From NCBI RefSeq assembly GCF_004010195.1, contig NC_057724.1, positions 31,944,268-32,008,267 of the forward strand: a DNA stretch of 64,000 nucleotides, written 5' to 3'. The position numbers were made by a program, and so were the translations under genes. The notes beneath the pieces are model-generated. The model made no database searches, was not told where the DNA came from, and worked only from the letters and a program-made list of their open reading frames with translations. The DNA is from Chiloscyllium plagiosum (Eukaryota). How positions within the stretch are numbered: position 1 is the stretch's first letter; each line of letters begins with the position of its first letter. Below, piece after piece: positions 1-10,510 of this stretch.

Positions 1-881
1 CTCAACAACGGGGACAGGCTCTGTGCCAGAGGCTTAAGCCCCATTACTTACCCCTGGTAAGTCGTTCCCCCCCCACAAGTATCCAAAACGGTATACTTGT
101 TCTTGAGGGGAACGGCCCAGGGGGTCCCTGCACTGGCTGCTTCCTCCCAGTCCCCCTCACTGTCACCCATCTGTCTGCAATCTTTGGAGTTACTACATCC
201 CTAAAGCTCCGATCTATGACCCCCTCTGCCTCCTGAAAGATCCTAAGTTCATCCAACTCCAGCTCCAGTTCCCTAACACGGTCTTGGAGGAGTTGGAGAT
301 GGGTGCACTTCCTGCAAGTGTAATCAGCAGGGAGGGCGATGGCATCCCTCACCTCAAACATGTTGCAAGAGGAACATTGCACTGCCTTCACTGCCATCCC
401 TCTAAAAGTAACTTTTTTTAAAAAAAACTGGGTCTAAAGAATAGAACAAGCAAAATGCAGCACTTACCTACTTATCACAAAGAGTCTTATTATTAGGTTA
501 GAGGAGGAGGGCGGGTGGGAGGCACTACCTCTGTAGTGCCTTGGGTTCTTCTGCGCGCTTTCATAGGGAAAAAACCTACCCGGCTGCCCCTCTGGTCTTC
601 GTCACTTCCCCCTGCTGCTCCCGCTCTCTCTCTGAAGAGAAAAAAAAACACCACTGCCCGCTACAGGTAAGTAATTTTAAAACAAACTGTCTCACCTTAG
701 CTGTAGCCTTCTGGGTTCCTTTACACTCTGCTGCTGCTCGCACTCAAAATGACCGTTGGCGTCGAAGGGTGAGTATTTATACTCCCTGCTTTCCTTCCTG
801 GCTGCCCCTCTGGTCTTCGTCACTTCCCCCTGCTGCTCCTGCTCTTTCTGTGAAGAGAAAACAAAAACACCGCTGCCTGCT
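1..881 (-). mobile_element. 5' end of a CR1-clade LINE (5' UTR plus start of ORF1, zinc-finger/leucine-zipper type); runs off the left edge
   Basis: ORF 397->44 reads CSSC..CRKC (CxxC-CxxC) then the heptad LQDRVRELELELDEL and WVTVR, typical of CR1 ORF1. A frameshift near 120 leaves AVPLKNKYTVLDTCGG in another frame. The 5' UTR (398-881) has an internal duplication. Confidence 0.85.
582..881. repeat. Two ~80 bp direct repeats (582-661 and 800-881) in the LINE 5' UTR
   Basis: ggctgcccctctggtcttcgtcacttccccctgctgctcc is identical at 582-621 and 800-839, and similarity continues through gaagagaaaa..caccrctgcc. Confidence 0.9.
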
Positions 882-882
882 T

Positions 883-1460
883 CTGGCTCATATCCCTCCA
901 AACCTTTCCTATTCATCTATCTATCTAAATGTTTTTAAATGTTGTAACTGTGCCCACGTCCACCACTTCCTCAGGAAGTTCATTCCACATGCGAACCACC
1001 CTCTGTCTAAAGAATATGCCTCGGGTCTTTTTTAAATCTCTCTCCTTTCACCATAGAAAAGTGCTCCCTCGCCTTGAAATCTTCCATCCTAGGGAAAAGA
1101 CAACTACCATTAACTCTATCTGTACCTCTCATTTTATAAACTTGTATCAGATCGGCTGTCAACCTCCTGCACTCCAGTGAAAAAGTCCCAGCCTATCCAG
1201 CCTTTCTTTATACATCAAACCTTCCATACCCGGCAACATCCTGGTAAATTTCTTCTGAACCCTCTCCAGCTTGATAATATCCTTCCTATAACTGGGTGAC
1301 CAGAACTGGACCCAGTATTCCAGAAGAATGTCCTGTACAACCTCACTTCTATACTCAAAGGACTGAGTAATGAAGGCAAGCATGCCAAAGGCCTTTTTAA
1401 CCACCCTATAAATGTGTGATGCAAACTGCAAAGAAACAGGTAGCTGCACCCCAAGACCCC
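883..1460 (-). mobile_element. CR1 LINE 3' fragment (ORF2 C-terminus and 3' UTR), degenerate
   Basis: Minus-strand translation LEYWVQFWSPSYRKDIIKLERVQKKFTRMLPGM; same 3' tail as the copies at 34727-35851 and 51730-53563. Confidence 0.9.
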
Positions 1461-1734
1461 TGGGAAGCACAATATATGGGATTGATCTTAGGGAATTGTC
1501 CTTGATATGAACTGGACAAATCCCCTCATCCACAAGGGAGTAGCCAGCTCTCTCCTTTTCCATCCTTGCATCAACTCCTCCCATCTTCAGTTGGCCAGCG
1601 CATAATGGCCCTGGAGATGGATTGAGATCTATGGTTGCCAGTTAACTGGGCAATCTAACAAGTGTCTTGCTCATTCTCCATTATGGAATCTGGTTGGGAT
1701 AGAGGGTTTTTTTAAAACAAAATTGTCTAATCAA

Positions 1735-1822
1735 TTTGTTCAGAGATGTTATTACACACCTCTGGGACAGGTGGGACTTGAATCCAGGTCCCCTGACCCA
1801 AAGATAGGGGCACTATCACTGT
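1735..1822 (-). mobile_element. Short tRNA-derived SINE; related copies at ~10675-10760 (-), 33795-33885 (-), 48545-48632 (+), 50050-50140 (-)
   Basis: Reverse complement has A-box-like and B-box-like (GGaTTCAAGTCC) motifs. The string cagagatgttattrcacacctct..caggtgggacttgaa recurs five times in the window. Confidence 0.7.
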
Positions 1823-2638
1823 CCAGATATATTTATCACTGGTACTAAAAAGCTGCAAATTATTTCAACTCTGGCAGAGACTGAAATAAATATATTTAAA
1901 CCCTGATTAAATGGGTTTTCACAGCTAGGTTTGGTTACGTTCACAACTGATGAGCAAATGTTCAGTTCCAGCAGGATTCTTTCCAAAAAAAAGTCAGAAT
2001 CCTACGAATTTCATATTACTTTTCCCCACTGCCTAAATTAATCTGAAGTCATCGAAGCAAACCGCAATCCTTACCATTACCCTGACAGAGATCAACAGAC
2101 TCAAAGACATACCCAGAATCTTCTGGTCCCTGTGTCTCAATGCTACACCACACTCTTCTTACATCCACACAGCCATCAAGTGAACAGCCATGACCTTGTC
2201 AGTCACATTATGCTGTAAAACTCTGTTCCAGTAAAAATAATTTCTGGATATTAAATGGATCAAGTGAACGTCAGTCCGATAAAACTGACAGACAATGATT
2301 GTAGATTGGTTTTGGAGTATGGTGACAGTACACATTCTTTATAAAAGCCTTTATTTGTTTAAGATCTTACTAAGGTGCAGAGCTGGCAGTTGGGGTTTGT
2401 GGTAGGTAGTAATCTGAGTCAGATCAAGCAGTTTGATTGTTTAAGCTGGTCATTTAAAATTAATCTAGATGAAACTACTTTTTTTTAAAAAAAGCTGTGT
2501 TTAGACAATTCATTGGGAATATATTTTACAGAAATGAAACTGAACTAGTAAAGTACTTAATCACCATGAGGGGTTTGCTGGTACCTCTCTTTCCTGCAAC
2601 CCATTCATGTCAGATTCATTTGATGATCATCGTATGAG

Positions 2639-2861
2639 CTGAAAAATGTGTTGCTGGAAAAGCACAGCAGGTCAGGCAGCGTCCAAGGAGCAGGAGAATC
2701 GACGTTTTGGGCATAAGCCCTTCTTCAGGATTCCTGAAGAAGGGCTCATGCCCGAAACGTCGATTCTCCTGTTCCTTGGATGCTGCCTGACCTGCTGCGC
2801 TTTTCCAGCAACACATTTTTCAGCTCTGATCTCCAGCCTCTGCAGTCCTCACTTTCTCCTA
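2639..2861. mobile_element. Palindromic (fold-back) Penelope-like mini-element, family N, with hammerhead motif
   Basis: 95 bp inverted arms (2636-2730 / 2732-2826, ~5 mismatches) with a ~35 nt tail on the right arm only. 17 bp TSD gatgatcatYgtatgag (2622-2638 / 2862-2878). Homologous to the 3' end of the RT/GIY-YIG elements at 54144-57269 and 45006-45633. Confidence 0.9.
2731..2765 (+). ncRNA. Minimal hammerhead ribozyme motif (sequence/structure match only; activity untested)
   Basis: CUGAAGA (2734-2740) - A - stem II GGGC/UCAU/GCCC - GAAA (2754-2757) - CGUC. The opposite-strand copy has GAAA mutated to AAAA. Confidence 0.7.
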
Positions 2862-4918
2862 GATGATCATTGTATGAGTTCAGTTTTGTTCCCATAAATG
2901 TATGTTAGACCAGCTTGAACTCCTTATAAGAAGCTGATAAAGTTTGTTAGTGATGTTTAATTTTGAAGCAAAACCTGAATAAATCTGTCATGAAGCAGTG
3001 AAGAGTTTAGATAGTAGAACATTTTTAGAATGTCTCCTGTGCAGGTCTGAGAACAGCAGGAAAAGCTGAAATTCAAATTCTTTTGTTATGCCCAGACTAT
3101 GCAAAGGTGCTCGGTTATGTGGAATAGTTTGCATATTTTCACAAAGCAGCATTGATATGCCAGTGAAAGGTACTGAGATTTGCATAATAGTAAGCCAGGT
3201 TCCACCTACGCAGTTTGTTCCTAATTTGGTTTTGTTGATTTTTCTGTGGGAAGGGTGAAAATCATGAGGGACATTAGATCATCTCGTTAAAGCAGGGTTC
3301 CTATTCAGTGCTTTTTAAAACAGCCACAACTCTATAATTGAGTCATGTTGTTCCTTGACTGACTGAGTAAAGTTGCTGTTTACTGCACTCCTGTCTTATT
3401 TAGAATAGCAAGTACAGTATTCACCAATAGACCTGGGGCCTTAGTTTCTGCATTCAATCCTTTCAGTAATAAGGTTTTCCTTCATGATTAAGTAATTGAA
3501 AAGATTTCCACTTTTAAAGTTGTGCAGCCCAATTAATCATTCTGTGATCTCCTTTGAACAGATTTATGCTGTAGACTGCTATTGATTTTTTATTCTTTAA
3601 TTCCATTCCTAAAGGAGATCACAAAATTAAAATAAAAACCTAACTCTTGATACTTTATTAAATTGCTGATATTCAAATGTGTGTGTCAAGTTTGCATTCC
3701 TTTATTCTTGCATTATTGTTCCTTTGCAGTTGAAGTGTTTCACCACTTCCAAGCCAGTTCATGTCCCTCATACCACCCACCCACTCCCAGCTAAGCAGAT
3801 TGTGTTCTTTTTAACAGTTTAATTTCCTCTCCAAGTTTGAAAAGCAGGGGATTGAAAACTTCAGATCATGACATTAATCAAACCTTATTTACACCACTAT
3901 CGCATTTACATCCAGTCTACTAATTTCTAACTCTCACAAGTAGGTTAAAGCCTTTTGCAACAGTCAAAATGGGGTCTGTTTGAACATGACACTAAGTTCA
4001 ATTGGTTCTGCAGAATTCAGGTTTCCTGCTTTAGTCAATTATACCGCACCCATTCCTTTACTGACGAAAATAAGAGTAAGAATTCCTTTGCTGGTCCCCT
4101 CCATTATTTTAACCACTCAGGGAATCTTTCCTGCTCTACAAAAATCTAATGCTAAGCTGATTTTTCCATCATTGTTCCATGTGCTTGAGCCTCAACCGTC
4201 CTAGGTTTTGTGACACAACACACACTTACTTAATTCCCGGTCAGCTGAGTGGGTAAATCCAATACACTTTTAGCAAGGAAGCATTTAACATTAAGCTTTG
4301 TATAATAGTATTTAATGAATTCTGGAATGAAGTTGTGATCTGTAATTAAAAAGACACATTTACTTTTATGTAGGACACTAAATATCAAAAAGTAGAACTA
4401 AATTGACCACTGAATCAACAAGTTTGCACTTGGGTATATGTCTTTTCTTTCAATCCTCTTCATTGTCATTTTTAAAGAATACAAAACAAGACCTGCAATA
4501 AATGTCAATCCAAAACTATCAATTTCTTTTTGTTTGAACTTTGTGAAATCTATACCTTTTGCCTTTTATAATTCCTTAAGAAAGTGAACGAAAAGTACTC
4601 CAATCTAAAGAAAAATAATCCAACATTACAGTGACTGGCACTGATATATCTTGGAAAATTGTGACCTACATGCACTTATACTGCAGAGTCCATGAGAAAG
4701 CTGAGACTCGTGTAAAGACTTTACTGGAAGGCTTCTAGTTGTACAGATGATAAATGCATTCAGTAGTAAGATTTTGTATAAAATGTATAAACATTGATTC
4801 CATACAAAAGGAAATAGAATAGGTAATTGGTACCGATCAATTTTAACAACACCATTAGACATACATTTTCTTTGTCCTTTTTATAAGAACAATTTCTCTG
4901 TTCCTGTGAAATGAGTGA

Positions 4919-5173
<255 letters not shown>

Positions 5174-7440
5174 AAGGTACTTAAAGGCCAGCTTCACATC
5201 AGAGCCCTGGCTCTGCCTCCATCCCGTTATTCAGCATTGCTGAATTCTGACAGTACCTGCTGTGAGATGGCACCTGTGGATGCCAATTCAGAGAGAAAGA
5301 GAGAGCCCGCCCGCCCGCCCGCCCTCAAAAGACTGTGGAACTGTTCACACCAGCTTTCCTTTTGATGTTAAGTACTGACTGCATTTATGTAATTTAAGCT
5401 AGGCCTGTCATTTTTGTCATAATTTTTTCTTCTTGATTATGTTAACACAGGGCAGAAAAAAAGCAGGCAGTCCATTACTTGCAGCCAAAATAATGTTTAA
5501 GGGCATTTAAATCTTCATTGGCTTGTGAATGACCTTAAGGCTAAGGAAAAGCAACACTGAGGTTGGTGTTAATTATTGGTGGTGAATTCTTCAAAGAACA
5601 GAAGATTGACTTTCTAGGTTGTGTCATTGTATTTTTCATTTAATGTGAGCAATTCATACAGTGGGAAGTCTTGACATTTTGTCCAATTTTAACAGTTATC
5701 CTATTTTAATGTGTGCTTTATTAATTTGGTGGTATTTAGCCAAGATGCATAAATATTGCTGACAAAGATATGGTTGCTTTTCCCATGTTTCAGCTCTGTG
5801 CACCCCATGAAATTGTTGAGTAGATACAAATGTCAAAAGAAAAGGGCCTTCTATTCTCCGGGGTATACAGCAATGTTGCAAAACAGGTTTTCTTTTCGTC
5901 CTGCCTCCAGTCTCTACTGAAACAGATCGAACTGGTTATTCGATTTGATTCACTGTAAACAATCCCTCTTTTATTCAGGCTTGTGGGAGGTTTTTGATAA
6001 AGCAGCATTCTCTTTCCACCACTGAATGTGATCAGCATAGTGATGTTAACTGTGGTTAAGGAGACTGGCGCTCGTGTTTTTCACTGCTGCAATTCCAGCA
6101 GTATTTCAGTTTCTGCAGCAACATAAAAGCTGGATCTGAGGCCCACGCAGCCTTTTGCTTCCACAAGTACTGACTGAGATGTCTTGGCAGCATTATCTGT
6201 GATGTGCCAGTGGTCTTAGTTGCTTACTGTGAATATCTCTGCCTGTTACAACATGATACAGTTCTGGAGTCAAATGATATAAATAAAGAGCATATGAACA
6301 TAGAACTCGGTCATTGAAAGCTAACTCTGAATGTGTATTAATAGACACAATTAATAAATTATTAGTAATTTTCACACACATTTTCATTCAGTTTGATGAA
6401 CTGTGAAGCCAGATGTAAAGTTTTAGATCTCTTTCTAAGCACCTTGTGCTTCTGCTTTATTGCGTATAAAAAGAGGCAGGTTAGGGTGCAGACCTTTAGC
6501 ATTGAATGACTTGCTGCTGGGATGAGTGAAAGCTGCAGCAGTCTGCGTTTGCAAACATATGCCCCATCTGCCTTTCGCGTGCTGTTTTTACTGCCCTGTG
6601 AGGTATTGTTTTGATTGTGTAATCTATTTATCTTGCGTGGTAGTTTGTAGGTTTAAAAAAAAAAATCAGCCAGACCAGCGAATCACATTTTAATCTGAGT
6701 ATATGGGAATATTTCTCGAATGCTCTTCAAGCTTTTGTTGGTGTAAGAGTGATCTCTAGATTTCATTAATAAATGACTAATGCTGATCAACAATCACCAT
6801 GCACACATTTAATTTTACTTGCCGCTGTTTAACCCGAGTGTACTGGCCTGGAGCAGAGACTTAAATAAGTGATTACAGTTCATTTAGGGGAATTGTAATG
6901 ACATTACAGGAATAATGGGTGAGCAACTGTACCCCACAAACTCAGCAATTGTTTTGTACCATTTCAAAAGAGAAATCTCATTCTTGCTACCCCTTTTAAA
7001 ACACATTTTGTTTTTTTATGCCTGTTGTTTTTGATGTCTCTAATGGAGTGGTGTTGATCTCGGGTAGGGAGAGAGATTACTGGCTGGGAATAGAGATCAA
7101 CCCCAGGATGTGGGTAATCCACACAGAGTAAAACTGGCAGCATCCAAAGATGATGAATATTGTTATTCAATCTTTGTTCATTTCCATTATTTTTGCCGTA
7201 CAGTTTCCCCAGTGATGCTGCCAGTTGCTGTTTAAACACAATATCATGGTCATTTTGAAAAGAGGAATCAGCCTTTGTGTAAATGGTGCTAACAGTGAGA
7301 TTACCTCTTAATGTAAAGAGAAAACTGAAGATGGACATTGTACCTCCGTTCTCATTCGTAGGGAGCTGGATGTCCATGAATTAAAAGAACCGACTTGTAA
7401 AAGTGTAATTTCTGTAATAAATGTTGCAACTTTACACCTC
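5174..7440 (+). other. Putative 3' UTR of the KLF gene
   Basis: No recognisable repeat from the stop codon to ~8640, unlike the rest of the window. U-rich with AUUUA motifs; AATAAA at 6353, 6768 and 7416. The end point is inferred. Confidence 0.6.
7416..7421 (+). terminator. Candidate polyadenylation signal
   Basis: AATAAA preceded by three TGTA motifs (7396-7416) and followed by a T-rich downstream tract. Confidence 0.45.
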
Positions 7441-8643
7441 TTTGGATTCAATCTTTTATAATTGCAGATATAATTAGTTACAGATATGATGTTGTTTGGA
7501 GCTTTATAGTAAAGGGTACTGTACTGCACTACAAAAGACAGCACTTCCCAGTATAGACTGTCACATGGTGTAACAGAACTCCATAATATCTTTGAAAACA
7601 CCATCACATCTGCAGCCTCTGTCACATAATTGTTTGTGGTTTTCTCACTTTTGCAATGATATGGGATTTGACTAGTTGCAGTGTGCTAGCTCACTAAACA
7701 AGTCAATTTGAAGAACGCATTAATTCTTTCCTTCCAACTACTCTGGGAAGGAAATGTGAACAGGTCGGAAATAATCAGCTTGAATAAATTATAGGAAAGC
7801 TAAAATTCCTTACAAACCAGTGAAGTGAAGTTGTTAGAATTTGAGATCTCAGGCATTTTCTTGAGTGAATTCAAAAACGTCCAATCTTTAAGATGTTGTC
7901 TGTAGTGAGGCACGATAGCCTTAGGAAATGAAAAGTTTTTAATTCTCTGATTCTAAATATTATTCTTCTGTTCATGTAAACAGACCAATTTAAATAGAGC
8001 TCTGTTGTTATACATCTTAATCCACAAAAGTGAGTTTTCTCAGCATTTAACAATTTATCTGCAATGTTCTCACTACACCAATGCAAATTTATGTTTCGTG
8101 GTACTTGTGAAATATACGAAGAATTTTAATCTTGTAGAATTTACTGAACTGAAAAGCTGCAGTTCGACCTGTAGCCTTAATGCAATAAATTGGCAGAAGT
8201 GTTAATAGTTATTACTGAAATGAAGTAGCTTGCCTTAGCTGTTTGGTTAATGTTGTTTCTCTATTACTAAAGTCAGTTAAATGAGTTCAAACATGGGATG
8301 AGAATAGTTAGGTGCTGTTTTTGACTGGCTTAGATTCAATGGGCCGAAGAGTCTTTTTCCGTAATGAAGATCTTTGTTAATCTAAATTTAAAAAGTAGAG
8401 GAAAAACCTCCTTATCTCACCTGAACCAAAAGCTTGGAGATGGGAGGTAAAACCAGATCGTGACTCCATATTCACAAGCACCAATATCCTGATTTACATT
8501 GTTCTTGTACTTGTTTCAGTATTGATGGTCTCATTGTCTCCAACTTCCCGGATATAATGGAAGCCTGTCACTCAAAACTCCTCTTTCACTGTTAATTCAT
8601 TGTATACAATTTTGATAAAAATGTTTGAATAATATTTTTTCGG

Positions 8644-8732
8644 GGAGAAAGTGAGGACTGCAGATGCTGGAGATCAGTCGAGGAGAAAGTGAGGATGGAC
8701 CTGCTGCGCTTTTCCAGCAACACATTTTCAGC
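8644..8732. mobile_element. Internally deleted family-N Penelope mini-element
   Basis: Keeps both outer ends of the palindromic element (ggagaaagtgaggactgcagatgctggagatcag ... gacctgctgcgcttttccagcaacacattttcagc). 14 bp TSD taatattttttcgg (8630-8643 / 8733-8746). Confidence 0.85.
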
Positions 8733-9584
8733 TAATATTTTTTCGGATTGTATTGAATTTTTTGAGTATTTTTAACTTCAGTCTGGCTGGTGGGTTGTTA
8801 AAATGGAGCAGGTTAAACCCCAGGCTGTCACAGTTTTTAAAAAGCATGATTTTTTAGGTCAATGAAGAGCTGGCTGCCCCCAGCACCTTCTATGATTTGG
8901 ACTCCTAATACCACAGTCTGAACATTGAAGAGAGTAGCAGCAGTCCCTTCGCAACTATAAAGCAAGTCTAAAGATCAAACAGACTTTTCAAGTTAACTTA
9001 GAACTTGCCTTGGGACCAAAATGAAAAGAATGATGGAAATCGGCAAAAGAGCCAGTTTTGGAACTTTTTCTATTCTATGCTTTCAACCAGTTTTCAGTGT
9101 TTCTTGTAGGCTCCTAAACCAGGCCTGAGCTACCTTGATATTAAAGTTTGATATCTGACCAGATTCCTAGCATACTCCACTGACTATTTCTCATCAGTGA
9201 CTTACTCCAAGTTATGAATCTATGTTTTTTTGAAGGAATTGAAGAGCCTTGGGCAACCAAGTGTTTTCCTGTAGCTCCACAGATTGCAAATGGCTCCCGC
9301 TACTCACAGCTGTTATCACCACCATCACCATGACTACAATCCTTTTGCTCCTCACAGCACTCTCCCCTCCAATAAACCATTGCCAATGTTCAGTTATTCA
9401 AATCTTCAGTTATCCAAAGTAATTTGGTCATAGAAAACCAATTTAATTAGAACTAAAAGAAAGCTTCTTCAACCTTTCAAAAAATACTTAGCATTGCAAA
9501 AAGACTAGAAGTTGCGCTCATCAGAACTAGCACACAGGAAACCTACTTGAACAAAGAAGCAGTGTTTCATACAATATGAGCGTG

Positions 9585-9793
9585 GAGAAAGTGAGGTCTG
9601 CAGATGCTGGAGATCAGAGCTGGAAATGTGTTGCTGGAAAAGCGCAGCAGGTCAGGCAGCATCCAGGGAACAGGAGAATCGACGTTTCGGGCATAAGCCC
9701 TTCCTGAAGAAGGGCTTATGCCCGAAACGTCGATTCTCCTGTTCCCTGGATGCTGCCTGACCTGTTGCGCTTTTCCAGCAACACATTTCCAGC
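9585..9793. mobile_element. Palindromic family-N Penelope mini-element with an intact hammerhead motif on + (9704-9731)
   Basis: 86 bp inverted arms (9618-9703 / 9709-9794, 1 mismatch) with the tail on the left arm only. Perfect 15 bp TSD tacaatatgagcgtg (9570-9584 / 9794-9808). Confidence 0.92.
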
Positions 9794-10039
9794 TACAATA
9801 TGAGCGTGCTGATCAGTTAGGCCATCATTACTGTGGAGATGCAGCAAGAAGGGTTCACTGTCGATCTTAATCCTCAGGACAGAGAGATTCTGATTGGTCA
9901 GTGTGTTATCATGGAGATGCAGCAGAGATTGACTGTCTTCATGACCCCTTTTGTCTTTTGGAAAAAGTGTAATGTATCTATAAATTCCTGTTCTCTCCAA
10001 AAAAAAGGGTCCTCTATTTTAAATATGTGGGTTTTAGCA

Positions 10040-10192
10040 CACACAAATGCATTATAACTTACATAAGTACATTGGGGCAATAGAACAGAATGCAGAATAT
10101 AGTGTACAGCTACAGAGAAAGTGCAGAGAAAGATCAACTCTAATATGAGAGGTCTGTTCAAAAGCCTGATAGCGTGAAGAAGCTGTTCTTGA
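10040..10192 (-). mobile_element. Probable Rex1/Babar-type LINE 3' fragment
   Basis: gaggtctgttcaaaagcctgatagc..gaagaagctgttcttgag resembles the antisense 3' end of fish/shark Rex1-like LINEs (recognised by eye only). Confidence 0.4.
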
Positions 10193-10294
10193 GACGAGGT
10201 TCACAAAGTTGCCAATAAGTTGATCTTTTAGTGTGTGCGACTGTAGGACTCAATGTGTATATTGACCAGTGAATGAAGGCTTTCTTTGGTAGTA

Positions 10295-10510
10295 TTGGTA
10301 GTTCTTCTATAATGCGATGGTTGCTTTCTTGGGCAACCGCACATTATAGAAAAATTGGGCTTTAGAAACCGTACTTAGTGTTGCCGATGTAATCGCGTTA
10401 CAGGCACACACGTTTTAAAAGTTCACACTTTAGAAACCGTGTCCCTAATTTGTCAATTGTGTTACCCTGAATTTGTTTTAATGAAATGCACGTTACAGCA
10501 GAATGACTTG
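10295..10510. mobile_element. Tc1/mariner (Tigger/pogo-like) MITE
   Basis: Imperfect ~22 bp TIRs (ttggtagttcttctataatgcg / cacgttacagcagaatgacttg) flanked by TA on both sides. Confidence 0.65.

Noticed and set aside
2616-2897. Two near-identical ORFs on opposite strands (MCCWKS..), with similar peptides at 29613, 45579 and 61644
   Set aside because: An artefact of the palindromic repeat, not a peptide gene family.
5370-6176. 12-mer aagtactgactg occurring twice in the 3' UTR
   Set aside because: Not unlikely by chance in ~2 kb, and no known motif matches it exactly.
9500-9530. Minus-strand CTGATGAG next to the 9585 insertion
   Set aside because: No stem II or GAAA follows; at most a decayed remnant, so not called a ribozyme.
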